53,833 nucleotides of DNA from Actinomycetota bacterium (GTDB lineage: Bacteria > Actinomycetota > Acidimicrobiia > Acidimicrobiales > CADCSY01), in the NCBI GenBank assembly GCA_019347915.1, contig JAHWKL010000003.1, forward strand, positions 1 through 53,833. Direction: 5' to 3'. The translations under genes and the position numbers were made by a program. This document shows, piece after piece, positions 16,923 through 25,964 of this stretch; positions within the stretch are counted from its first letter, which is position 1; every line of letters starts with the position of its first letter. A model generated the notes under the pieces. It was not told the DNA's origin, ran no database searches, and was given only the letters and a program-made list of their open reading frames with translations.

Positions 16923-17726
16923 ATGTGCCGCCTCCTCGCCTACCTGGGCCCGCCGGCGACGCTCGACGAGTTGCTGTTCGCTCGGGAGCACTCGCTGGTG
17001 CGCCAGTCCTACGCTCCCCGCCACCAGCGTCACGGCACGGTCAACGCCGACGGCTTCGGCGTCGGGTGGTACGACCGCGACCGCCGCCCCGAGCCGGCCC
17101 GGTACCGCAGCGATCGGCCCATCTGGTCCGACCGGTCGCTGGCCAGCATGGCCGGGCTCATCCGCTCCACTGCGGTGGTGGCGGCGGTGCGCAGCGCCAC
17201 CCCTCCGGCGCCGGTCGAGGAGAGCGGGTCGCCACCGTTCATGTGGGGCCCGTGGTTGTTCGCCCACAACGGGGCAGTGGAGGGCTTCGCCGGCGCGGTG
17301 GGAACCGCCCTGCGGGGCCTGGTGTCCGATCGGCGGGTGGCGCAGGTCGAGGGCTCGACCGACAGCGCCGTGGTGTTCGCCCTGGTCCTCGATGCCCTCG
17401 ACAGGGGCGTCCAGCCCGCCGAGGCGCTGGCGTCGGTGCTGGCCGCGGTCGAGGAGGTGGCCCCCGCCCGGCTCAACCTGGTGCTCACCGACGGCGCCAG
17501 CATCACCGCCACCACGTGTGGCGACTCGCTGTTCGTGCTGGACCAGGCCGGCGCCGGCCCGCAGGCCGGCGGCTCAGACGTCGGCGGTGGCGTGGTGGTG
17601 GCCTCGGAGCCGTGGGACGACGACCGGCGCTGGCGGGAGGTCCCCGACCGCTCGGTGGTGATGGTCACCCCGACGGCGGTGACGGTGGCCCCGTTGGCGG
17701 GCCGGATCGGGGAGCGGCGAGCGTGA
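16923..17726 (+). CDS. egtC: gamma-glutamyl-hercynylcysteine sulfoxide hydrolase EgtC (class II amidotransferase)
   Basis: MCRLLAY gives an N-terminal Cys2 nucleophile. It starts 2 nt after the egtB stop. Confidence 0.9.
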   Translation: MCRLLAYLGPPATLDELLFAREHSLVRQSYAPRHQRHGTVNADGFGVGWYDRDRRPEPARYRSDRPIWSDRSLASMAGLIRSTAVVAAVRSATPPAPVEESGSPPFMWGPWLFAHNGAVEGFAGAVGTALRGLVSDRRVAQVEGSTDSAVVFALVLDALDRGVQPAEALASVLAAVEEVAPARLNLVLTDGASITATTCGDSLFVLDQAGAGPQAGGSDVGGGVVVASEPWDDDRRWREVPDRSVVMVTPTAVTVAPLAGRIGERRA

Positions 17727-18730
17727 GCGCCGGCGTGTCGGTCGACGTGCACCTCCACGCCGCCGACCTGGCTGCGGCCTTGTGCCACGACGCCCGCCGG
17801 GGCCTGACCGCCGACCCGAAGTGGCTGCCGCCGAAGTGGTTCTACGACGACCGTGGCTCGGAGCTGTTCGACGCCATCACCCGCCTGCCCGAGTACTACC
17901 CCACCCGCGCCGAGAGCGAGATCCTTGCCACCCGGGCCGCCGAGATCGCCGCCGCCTGCCCCGCCGAGACCCTGGTGGAGCTGGGCTCGGGCACCTCGGC
18001 CAAGACCCGGCTGCTCCTCGACGCCCTCGCCGCCGGCGGCTCCCTGAACCGGATCGTCCCTTTCGACGTCAGCGAGGCCACCCTGCGGGTGGCTGCCGGC
18101 GAGCTGGCCCGGGACTACCACGGGGTCGAGGTGCACGCCGTGGTCGGCGACTTCGAGCGCCACCTGCACTTCCTGCCTGCCGGAGGGCGCCGGCTGGTGG
18201 CCTTCCTCGGCGGGACCATCGGCAACCTCGAGCCCGGGCCCCGGGCCCAGTTCCTGCGCTCCCTGGCATCGGGCCTGGCGCCCGGAGACGGGCTGCTCCT
18301 CGGGACCGACCTGGTGAAGAGCCCCGAGCGCCTCGTCGCCGCCTACGACGACACTGCCGGCGTCACCGCCGCCTTCAACGCCAACGTGCTGGGAGTGCTC
18401 AACCAGCGCCTCGGGGCAGACTTCGCTCCCGGTCGCTACCGCCACGTGGCCGTCTGGGACGCCGAGGCGGAACGGATCGAGATGCGCCTGCGCTCGCTCG
18501 AGCCCCAGCACGTGGCCCTGCCGGCCATCGAGCTGGAGGTCGACTTCGCCGCCGGCGAGGACCTGCGCACCGAGACCAGCGCCAAGTTCCGGCGCTCCGG
18601 CGTGGAGGCCGAGCTCGCCGCCGCCGGGCTGGAGATGGTGCGCTGGTGGACCGACGACGCCGGCGACTTCGCCGCCTCGCTGTCGTTCCCGGTGGCCGCG
18701 GCCCAGCCGGGGCCGTCCCGGCCACACTGA
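17723..18730 (+). CDS. egtD: L-histidine N-alpha-methyltransferase EgtD
   Basis: GTG 17723 overlaps the egtC TGA (GTGA). Motifs: [51 protein letters not shown]. Confidence 0.9.
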   Translation: MSAGVSVDVHLHAADLAAALCHDARRGLTADPKWLPPKWFYDDRGSELFDAITRLPEYYPTRAESEILATRAAEIAAACPAETLVELGSGTSAKTRLLLDALAAGGSLNRIVPFDVSEATLRVAAGELARDYHGVEVHAVVGDFERHLHFLPAGGRRLVAFLGGTIGNLEPGPRAQFLRSLASGLAPGDGLLLGTDLVKSPERLVAAYDDTAGVTAAFNANVLGVLNQRLGADFAPGRYRHVAVWDAEAERIEMRLRSLEPQHVALPAIELEVDFAAGEDLRTETSAKFRRSGVEAELAAAGLEMVRWWTDDAGDFAASLSFPVAAAQPGPSRPH

Positions 18731-18734
18731 AGGC

Positions 18735-19343
18735 GTGGACACCGCCGAGGCCCGGGCCGTCCTCGCCGTGGGGCGGACGGCGGGGGCCGAGGAGATCAGG
18801 AGCGCGTTCCGCCGCCAGCTCCGCCGGACGCACCCGGACGTGGCGAGCGACGTGGCCGACGCCGGCCGCCGCACCGCCCGGCTGGTGCAGGCGTACGCCA
18901 CCCTGCGACGCTCACCGGGCCCAGAGCCCGCCCCGGGGCCGGCCACCCCGCCACCGCCGGCAGGGCGTCTCCCGACCATCGGCGTCGCCGGCGACTCCCT
19001 GCGCTGGACCGTTGCTCCCCGGGAGGCCTTCCGGCTCCTGGTGGAGGTGGTCGACTCGATGGGCGACATCACCTACCTCGACGTCGATGCCGGGCTGCTC
19101 GACGTGGTGGTCGTGCTCGGCGACGGGACCGCCTGCTCGCTGATGGCCACGGTCGCCGCTCGCTCCGGCCACGGCGAACCACCGGTCACCGAGGTCCTCT
19201 TCGCCCTCGAGCCCCTGGGGGCCGAGGCCCGCCCCCCGGCCCGGCCGGTGGTGGCCGCGGTCGCCGCCCGCCTGGCCCGCGCCACATCTGCCCCTCAGCG
19301 GGACAACGCCAGCCCGCAGACCAGACGGCCGGCGTCGTCGTAG
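18735..19343 (+). CDS. J-domain (DnaJ N-terminal-like) protein
   Basis: ARAVLAVGRTAGAEEIRSAFRRQLRRTHPDV contains the HPD tripeptide. The rest has no recognised domain. It starts 4 nt after the egtD stop. Confidence 0.6.
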   Translation: MDTAEARAVLAVGRTAGAEEIRSAFRRQLRRTHPDVASDVADAGRRTARLVQAYATLRRSPGPEPAPGPATPPPPAGRLPTIGVAGDSLRWTVAPREAFRLLVEVVDSMGDITYLDVDAGLLDVVVVLGDGTACSLMATVAARSGHGEPPVTEVLFALEPLGAEARPPARPVVAAVAARLARATSAPQRDNASPQTRRPASS

Positions 19344-19372
19344 GGCGCCAGGCCCGGCGCTACCGTCGTTGC

Positions 19373-19948
19373 GTGAGCCGCCGGGGCGAGGAGTACGACC
19401 TGCGGTTCAACGAGATGGCCGCCGCCGGCCACAACGTCCACGGCGAGGCCGACTTCGTGGAATCGCTGGGGCCGAGATCGGTGCTCGACGCCGGCTGCGG
19501 CACCGGCAGGGTGGCCAGCGAGCTGGTCCGGCGCGGCATCGACGTGGTCGGCGTGGACGCCGACGCCGAGATGCTGGCCAGGGCCCGGGCCAAGGCGCCT
19601 GGCCTCGACTGGCGGGTGGGCGACCTGACCACGATCGAGCTGCCGGCCTCGCACTTCGACGTCGTGGTGCTCGCCGGCAACGTGATGATCTTCGTCGAGC
19701 CCGGGACCGAGCAGGACGTGGTCGCCAACCTGGCCCCCACGCTCGTCCCCGGAGGGGCGCTGGTCGCCGGCTTCCAGCTCCGGGAGGAGCGCGTGTCGCT
19801 CGAGGACTACGACCGCTTCTGCGAGACCGCCGGTCTGGAGCTGGCCGAGCGCTGGTCCACGTGGGACCGCCAGCCCTGGAGCGCCGACGCCGGCTACGCA
19901 GTGTCCGTCCATCGCCGCCGGCGCTGCCCGGGCCCCCACGGAGGGTGA
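19373..19948 (+). CDS. class I SAM-dependent methyltransferase
   Basis: VLDAGCGTGRVASEL (motif I), VGVDADAEML, VVVLAGNVMIF. Confidence 0.75.
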   Translation: MSRRGEEYDLRFNEMAAAGHNVHGEADFVESLGPRSVLDAGCGTGRVASELVRRGIDVVGVDADAEMLARARAKAPGLDWRVGDLTTIELPASHFDVVVLAGNVMIFVEPGTEQDVVANLAPTLVPGGALVAGFQLREERVSLEDYDRFCETAGLELAERWSTWDRQPWSADAGYAVSVHRRRRCPGPHGG

Positions 19949-19969
19949 GGACGGCCTAAGATCCGGGCC

Positions 19970-20305
19970 ATGGTCAGCGCCTTCACCACGAGACAGGTGG
20001 AGCGGATCTCGTCCACCCTGGCCGTGCTCGGCGAACCCCACCGGCTCCAGATGCTGCGATGGCTGCGCCGGGGGCCGCGGACGGCGGGCTTCCTGGCCGA
20101 GGCGATCGGCGTCTCCCCGTCGCTGGCCTCGCACCACCTCTCGGTGCTGGTCGAGGCCGGACTGGTCACCCGGCGCCAGGTCGGGACCTTCGTCTGCTAC
20201 GCCTCCGACCGGTCCCGGGTGAAGGCGGTACACCGGGAGCTGGGGCGCCTGGCCGGCGCCCTGCTCCCCGACGACGAGTCCACCGAGGCCTCCGCTCCCT
20301 GCTGA
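19970..20305 (+). CDS. ArsR/SmtB family transcriptional regulator
   Basis: LAVLGEPHRLQMLRWL...LAEAIGVSPSLASHHLSVLVEAGLV winged HTH. Confidence 0.8.
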   Translation: MVSAFTTRQVERISSTLAVLGEPHRLQMLRWLRRGPRTAGFLAEAIGVSPSLASHHLSVLVEAGLVTRRQVGTFVCYASDRSRVKAVHRELGRLAGALLPDDESTEASAPC

Positions 20306-20351
20306 GTGAGCCCGGCGGCGGCGACGGCGGCGCCGTCCCGCCCGACGCCCG

Positions 20352-20639
20352 TCAGGTCGTCGACGACAGCAGGTTCAGGGCCATGACCAGGACGATCCCC
20401 CACGCCGCGAACCACGCCAGCGACACCAGGATCAGCACGATGAGGCAACCCTGGGGCAGCTCCCGCAGACGCGGCGCTTGTGGCAGCACTCCGCCCCCGC
20501 CCCCGCCGCCGAAGCCCCCGCCGCCGAGGCTGGGCCGCTCGTCACGGTCCTCACTGGGGAGGATGCCCGAGGCCATGAGGCCGGCATACACCGCGATGGC
20601 CAGCAGCAAGCACAGGGCGACGATCAGGAAGGTCGTCAT
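20352..20639 (-). CDS. small two-TM membrane protein with Gly-rich loop
   Basis: ATG 20639. Two hydrophobic helices flank GGGGFGGGGGGG. Confidence 0.45.
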   Translation of the reverse strand: MTTFLIVALCLLLAIAVYAGLMASGILPSEDRDERPSLGGGGFGGGGGGGVLPQAPRLRELPQGCLIVLILVSLAWFAAWGIVLVMALNLLSSTT

Positions 20640-20765
20640 CTTCTTCGCGACTCCTCGGGCCGGGGCGCACCCGGCCCCGGCGGGAGCCTACCGGCGCCGG
20701 GGAGAGCCGCCCGGCCGCCTCTAGGCTGTTGCGGTGCCCACGCGAGCGACCGGCCCCCGGCCACG

Positions 20766-23042
20766 ATGAACGCCACCCACCGGGCACTGGCAACGGCCAC
20801 CGCGGTCGTGCTCGTGCTCGCCGCCCTCGCCCCCGTGGGCGTCTCCGCCGTCGTCGCCCAGTCGTTGCTCTCGCCCCCGGCGCTCGACGAGCTCCCCGAC
20901 CCCCGCCCGCAGGCAGGCAGCCAGCTCAGCCGGGTCTACGACGTCCACGGCGAGGAGATCGCCGTGTTCCGCGAGTTCGACCAGCGGGTTCCCCTCGAGC
21001 CGGGCGACATCCCCGAGCACCTCAAGCAGGCGGTGGTGTCGGTCGAGGACCGGTCCTTCTACTCCAACCGCGGCATCGACCTCTCGGCCATGGTCCGGGC
21101 CCTCATCGCCGACGTCAGGGGCGGTGCGGTCGTCCAGGGTGGCTCGACCATCACCCAGCAGTACGTCAAGAACGCCTACGTCGGCCGCGAGCGGACGGTC
21201 AAGCGCAAGATCCAGGAAGCGGTGCTCGCCCAGCAGCTCAACCGCATGGTCGACAAGGACGAGATCCTCTTCCGGTACCTGAACGGGATCTACCTCGGCC
21301 AGGGGGCCATCGGCGTGGGAGCAGCGTCGAGGTCGTACTTCCGCAAGCCGGTGAACGAGCTGGACGTGTCGGAGGCGGCGTTGCTGGCCGCCCTCATCCC
21401 CGCACCCAGCCGCTACGAGCCCCGGGGCAACCCGGCGGTGGCCGAGAGCCGGCGGGTGCTGGTGCTCGACGCCATGCGCGGGCAGGGCTACCTCACCGAC
21501 GAGGAGCACGAGGAGGCGGTCGAGCGCGAGATCTGGCTGGCCGAGCGGGGTGAGCCGCCGCGCCCGTCGACCGTCGTCTACCCGGTCGAGGACGTGGTCA
21601 GCGAGTACCCCTACTTCGTCGACTACGTCCGCCGCTACCTCGAGGACCAGTACGGCGAGCGGGTCTACGCCGGCGGCCTCGAGGTCCACACCACGCTCGA
21701 TCCCCGCATCCAGGACATGGCCCAGGCCGCGGTGACAGAGGCCCTCGCCGGCACCCAGCCCCCCATCGAGATGGCGCTGGCGTCGGTCGACCCCAGGACG
21801 GGCTTCGTGGCGGCGCTGGTGGGCGGCCGGGACTTCGGGGCTCAGGGAGGCCAGGTCAACCTGGCTCTGGGCAACTGTCCCGCGCCCCCGCCAGGGCTCG
21901 AGGCCGTCATCGACGTGCCGGCGGCGTGCTGGGACCCCGACGCCATCTACGCCGAGGGCGGCGGCACCGGCCGCCAGCCCGGGTCGTCCTGGAAGCCCTT
22001 CGTCCTGGCCACCGCCCTCGACCAGGGCATGCCCGACAGCACCGTCTACTCCGCTCCCAGCGAGTACCGCGTCCCCGGCTGCACCGGCGACAGGGGCTGC
22101 ACGGTGCAGAACTACGAGGGAACGGCCGGCGGGCAGGCGAACCTGCGCCGGGCCACCGAGAACTCCTACAACACCGTGTACGCCCAACTGATCAACGACG
22201 TGGGCATCCCCGAGGTCGGCGAGATGGCCAAGCGCCTCGGCATCACCTCGGCGTGGGTGGCCAGCCCCCAGGTGCACGGCATCAGCTACGCCCTGGGGGT
22301 GCAGGAGGTGGCGCCGCTGGAGATGGCGTCCGCCTACGGAGTCTTCGGCAACGCCGGCCAGCGGCAGCCGCCGACGCCCGTGACCTTCGTCGAGGGGCCG
22401 GACGGAGAGATCGTCGAGGACAACCGCGACCGCGCTCCCGAGCGGGTGCTCGACGAGCGGGTGGCGGCCAACGTCACCGACATCCTCAAGGGCGTCATCT
22501 CGGGGGGCACCGGCACGGCCGCCGACATCGGTCGGCCGGCGGCGGGCAAGACCGGCACCGCCCAGGAATGGCGTGACGCCTGGTTCGTGGGCTTCACGCC
22601 CACGCTGTCGACCGCGGTGTGGATCGGCAACAAGGAGAAGCCCACCCCGCTGTACAACATCAAGGGCGTCGACCGGGTGACGGGCGGGTCGATCCCGGCG
22701 CAGACGTGGAAGGCGTTCATGGCCGCCGCCCTCGAGGGCGTGCCACCCGACGACTTCCCCGAGCCGCCGCCGCCCCCCGCCCCGCCCCCCACGGTGGCGC
22801 CACCGCCGACCGTCGCCACCCCCGCGCCCCCCAGGGACACCACGACGACGACCCTGCGCTCGTACACGCCGCCGCCTCTCCCGACGGTCCCCACCATCGT
22901 GGTCACCCCGCAGAACCCTCCCGGTCAGCGGCGGCCGCGGAACTCCGGACCGGTGCAGCCGACCAGCACCACCACCACGACGACGACGGCGCCCCCCTCG
23001 TCGGGCGACACGACGACCACCGTGTCGGTTGCCAATCCTTAG
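20766..23042 (+). CDS. class A penicillin-binding protein (bifunctional glycosyltransferase GT51 / transpeptidase)
   Basis: EDRSFYSNRGID and GGSTITQQYVKN (GT51). SSWKPF (SxxK), SYN and KTGTA (transpeptidase). N-terminal TM anchor after ATG 20766. C-terminal Pro/Thr-rich tail. Confidence 0.9.
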   Translation: MNATHRALATATAVVLVLAALAPVGVSAVVAQSLLSPPALDELPDPRPQAGSQLSRVYDVHGEEIAVFREFDQRVPLEPGDIPEHLKQAVVSVEDRSFYSNRGIDLSAMVRALIADVRGGAVVQGGSTITQQYVKNAYVGRERTVKRKIQEAVLAQQLNRMVDKDEILFRYLNGIYLGQGAIGVGAASRSYFRKPVNELDVSEAALLAALIPAPSRYEPRGNPAVAESRRVLVLDAMRGQGYLTDEEHEEAVEREIWLAERGEPPRPSTVVYPVEDVVSEYPYFVDYVRRYLEDQYGERVYAGGLEVHTTLDPRIQDMAQAAVTEALAGTQPPIEMALASVDPRTGFVAALVGGRDFGAQGGQVNLALGNCPAPPPGLEAVIDVPAACWDPDAIYAEGGGTGRQPGSSWKPFVLATALDQGMPDSTVYSAPSEYRVPGCTGDRGCTVQNYEGTAGGQANLRRATENSYNTVYAQLINDVGIPEVGEMAKRLGITSAWVASPQVHGISYALGVQEVAPLEMASAYGVFGNAGQRQPPTPVTFVEGPDGEIVEDNRDRAPERVLDERVAANVTDILKGVISGGTGTAADIGRPAAGKTGTAQEWRDAWFVGFTPTLSTAVWIGNKEKPTPLYNIKGVDRVTGGSIPAQTWKAFMAAALEGVPPDDFPEPPPPPAPPPTVAPPPTVATPAPPRDTTTTTLRSYTPPPLPTVPTIVVTPQNPPGQRRPRNSGPVQPTSTTTTTTTAPPSSGDTTTTVSVANP

Positions 23043-23105
23043 GCTGGATAGATCGTGCCGTCAGCCCGGCCGCCGGCATGGCGGCGGAGGGGGACCGGCC
23101 GACGA

Positions 23106-23459
23106 TCAGCCCACGGCGGCGGCGGCGACCGCTGCTCGGGCGGCGGCCTCGTCGGCGGCCCACAACTGCCAGCGGGCACCGATGAGGCCCAGGCGCTGCA
23201 TGGTGACGGCCTCGACCGGTGCGTCGAGATCGGCGTCGACGGCCACCATCCCCCGAGCCGCCAGCGCCCCGGTCAGCTGAGCGGCCACCGCGTCACCCGG
23301 GCTGTCGTCGAGGCGGACCAGGCACGCCTCCCGCCCCAGCCACATGGCCGCCGGCCACCAACCGTCGACGACCAGGGCATCGTCCTCGACCTGCAGGGAG
23401 GGATGGCCGGGGGCGGGGGCCCGGGACACGAAGGCGGAGACGACGTCGTCGGCGGCCAT
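23106..23459 (-). CDS. hypothetical protein
   Basis: ATG 23459 follows GGGAGGA (complement of 23467-23473) with a 7-nt spacer. No known motif. Confidence 0.5.
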   Translation of the reverse strand: MAADDVVSAFVSRAPAPGHPSLQVEDDALVVDGWWPAAMWLGREACLVRLDDSPGDAVAAQLTGALAARGMVAVDADLDAPVEAVTMQRLGLIGARWQLWAADEAAARAAVAAAAVG

Positions 23460-23549
23460 GTGCACATCCTCCCTTTGGTCACGCGGTGCGGCGGTGGGGC
23501 CGAAGGGTACCCGAGGGTGCCGGCCCGGACGCCCCGACCAGGGAGGCCG

Positions 23550-24302
23550 TCAAACGAGGGCGGCCGACCGGCGGACCTCCGAGGTGAAGGCGTCGAACAG
23601 CGACTGCTGCACAGGGTCGTCGCCAGCGGTCACCTCGGGGTGCCACTGGACACCCACCATCCACCCGTCGCCGCCAGCGAGCTCGATGGCCTCCACCAGG
23701 CCGTCGTCGCTCCACCCCACGGCCACCAGGCCCTTGCCCACCCGGTCGATCCCCTGGTGGTGGATCGACGTACACCGCGCCACCCGGTGCCCGCCGACGG
23801 CGGCGGCCAGCCGGCTGCCCTCGGCCACCTGCACCCCGTGGGTGACCAGCACGCCCCCGGTGGGGTCACCGTGCGCCCCCCGGCCCAGGGGCTCGGGCAG
23901 GTGCTGGTACAGCGTCCCCCCGCGGACGACGTTGACGATCTGGGCCCCACGGCAGATGGCCAGCACGGGCATGCCCTGCTCGAGGGCGGCGGTGACCAGG
24001 CCCAGCTCCAGCTCGTCACGGTCGGGGTCGATGCCGTACACCCGCGGATCGGGGGACTCGCCGTAGTGCGACGGGTCGAGGTCGCCGCCCCCGGCCAGCA
24101 GCAACCCGGCGAACGGGGCCAGCACGTCCTCCGGCGGCTCCGGGTCGGGGCCAGGGAGGATGACCGGGCGGGCCCCGGCTCGGCGGAGGGCGGCCACGTA
24201 GCCGGCACCGGCGGCGAACGCCCCGGAGCCCCAGCCCTCGACCCGGCCGGACGCGAGGTGGGCGGCGGGGATGGCGACGAGCGGGAGGTCGGACGACCCC
24301 AT
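23550..24302 (-). CDS. class I glutamine amidotransferase-like gamma-glutamyl hydrolase (peptidase C26, PuuD-like)
   Basis: LAICRGAQIVN (Cys nucleophile) and GVQWHPE (His). It starts 1 nt after the stop of the upstream ligase gene. Confidence 0.8.
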   Translation of the reverse strand: MGSSDLPLVAIPAAHLASGRVEGWGSGAFAAGAGYVAALRRAGARPVILPGPDPEPPEDVLAPFAGLLLAGGGDLDPSHYGESPDPRVYGIDPDRDELELGLVTAALEQGMPVLAICRGAQIVNVVRGGTLYQHLPEPLGRGAHGDPTGGVLVTHGVQVAEGSRLAAAVGGHRVARCTSIHHQGIDRVGKGLVAVGWSDDGLVEAIELAGGDGWMVGVQWHPEVTAGDDPVQQSLFDAFTSEVRRSAALV

Positions 24303-24303
24303 G

Positions 24304-25452
24304 TCAGCGCCCCGGTCCCACGGGGCAGTCGGTGCTCAGCTCGCGGACCAAGGCGTCGACCACGTCGACCAGGCTGCCGCCGGCGGCCACCACCGCCCGC
24401 TGGCGGACGTAACTCGGTCCTTCGTCGACCACCTCGAGCGTGCGCAACAGCTCCTTCTCGCAACCCAGGCGCCGCCCCACCGGTGCCAGCTCCTCGACGA
24501 GGTCGGCCATGGCAGCGCGTAGCGGGCGCAGCGCCCCCAGTTCGTCCACGATGATCTCGGCCTCCATCCCGTACCGCGCCGCTTTCCACTTGTTCTCCCG
24601 CAGGACCCACGCCTTGGGGACCGGCAGGGCCAGGCCCCGGTCGTACCGCTCGTCCATCCAGTCGACCAGGCACTGGCTCAACGCCGCCACGCTCGCCACC
24701 TCGGTCAACCGGGGCAGCCCGTCGCAGATGCGCAACTCCACCGTACCGAAGTCCGGATGCGGTCGGATGTCCCACCAGACCTCCCGGATGGAGGCAATGG
24801 CCTTGGAGCGCAGCAGGGTCCCCATGAACTCCTCGAACTCGGTCCAGTCGGCGAGACGGTGGGGCAGGCCGGCGGTGGGCAGCGACTCGAAGACCTTGGA
24901 GCGGCTGGAAGCGAGGCCCGTGTCCTTGCCCAGCCAGTAGGGGCTGGAGGCCGACAGCGCCAGCAGATGGGGGAGGTAGGTGGTGAGGGCGTTGGCGATG
25001 GCGATGGCCTTCTCCGCCGAGCGGACGCCCACGTGGACGTGGATGCCGAAGATCTGGAGCCGGCGGGCCAGCCACTGCATCTCGGCCACGAGCTTGTGGT
25101 ACCGAGGATTGGGGCTGATCTCCTGGGCCGCCCAGTGGCTGAACGGGTGGCTCCCCGAGCACAGCACGGCCAACCCGTGCTCCTCGGCATGGGTGGTCAG
25201 CTCGGTCAGGGTCGCCTGGAGATCGGCGCGGGCCTCGGCCACGTCGCCGCAGATCCCGGTGATGATCTCCACCGTCGACTCGAACAGCTCGTGCTTGGCC
25301 TTGGGGTGGGCACCGTCGGGGTGGCCCCGGCCCATGAGCGCCAGGAGCTGCGACCCCGCGCTCTTGAGCTCCCGGGTGCGGGCGTCGACGATCTGCAGCT
25401 CCATCTCGATGCCCAGGCTGGAGCGTTGTGAGGCATTGAACTCGATGCCGAT
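24304..25452 (-). CDS. carboxylate-amine ligase, YbdK/GCS2 family (start codon uncertain)
   Basis: SLGIEMELQIVD, HELFESTVEIITG, FGIHVHVG, SSPYW and WWDIRPHPDFGTVELRICD match the YbdK pattern. The track ORF runs to 26091 through junk. There is no in-frame ATG, GTG or TTG between 25500 and the conserved core. ATC at 25452 follows a GGGAGG SD. Confidence 0.8.
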   Translation of the reverse strand: MGIEFNASQRSSLGIEMELQIVDARTRELKSAGSQLLALMGRGHPDGAHPKAKHELFESTVEIITGICGDVAEARADLQATLTELTTHAEEHGLAVLCSGSHPFSHWAAQEISPNPRYHKLVAEMQWLARRLQIFGIHVHVGVRSAEKAIAIANALTTYLPHLLALSASSPYWLGKDTGLASSRSKVFESLPTAGLPHRLADWTEFEEFMGTLLRSKAIASIREVWWDIRPHPDFGTVELRICDGLPRLTEVASVAALSQCLVDWMDERYDRGLALPVPKAWVLRENKWKAARYGMEAEIIVDELGALRPLRAAMADLVEELAPVGRRLGCEKELLRTLEVVDEGPSYVRQRAVVAAGGSLVDVVDALVRELSTDCPVGPGR

Positions 25453-25499
25453 GTCTGCCTCCCGGTCTGCTCGGAGGCGCCCGAGGGTAACGGGAAGCG

Positions 25500-25964
25500 A
25501 TGCAGCAGACGATGCGGACGGTGCTGGAGGGTGCGGTCGCAGGTGTAGTGGCGACCGGAGCCATGAGCGTTCCCATGCTGATCGCCCAGCGTCGGGGCTC
25601 CATGGGCACCCAGCCGCCCGAGCGGGTGGTGGAGGAGGCGGAGGAAGAGACCGGGAACACGCTCTGCGAGCGGGAGGAGAACCTCGCCGCCTCGCTGGCC
25701 CACCTGGCCTTCGGGATGGGCAGCGGCGCCACCTTCGCCCTCCTCCGCCGGGCACTGCGCCTCCCCGTGCCGACCGTGGTCCAGGGGACGGGGTTCGCCG
25801 TGGCCGTGTGGGCGTTGAGCTACCGGGGATGGATCCCCCGTCTGGGCGTCCTGCCCCCGCCCGAGCGCGACCGCTCCGACCGCCAACGCACCATGGTGGC
25901 GGTGCACGTGGTGTTCGGCGCCGTGCTGGGCGCCGTGGAGCACCGGCTCGCCGACCGCCCTTAG
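25500..25964 (+). CDS. putative membrane protein, unknown family
   Basis: 154 aa with 3-4 hydrophobic segments and an acidic loop EEAEEETGN. Divergent from the ligase gene. Confidence 0.5.
   Translation: MQQTMRTVLEGAVAGVVATGAMSVPMLIAQRRGSMGTQPPERVVEEAEEETGNTLCEREENLAASLAHLAFGMGSGATFALLRRALRLPVPTVVQGTGFAVAVWALSYRGWIPRLGVLPPPERDRSDRQRTMVAVHVVFGAVLGAVEHRLADRP

Noticed and set aside
17030-19072. 680-aa ORF on the minus strand, plus ORFs 16811..18730 (5' part) and 17782..19143
   Set aside because: They overlap the well-supported egtC, egtD and J-domain frames. Only the 3' part of 16811..18730 (from GTG 17723) matches EgtD. The rest is Arg/Pro-rich.
20478-20765. N-terminal extension of the PBP ORF
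   Set aside because: It overlaps the small membrane protein gene on the opposite strand and is low-complexity. The TM anchor typical of class A PBPs follows ATG 20766.
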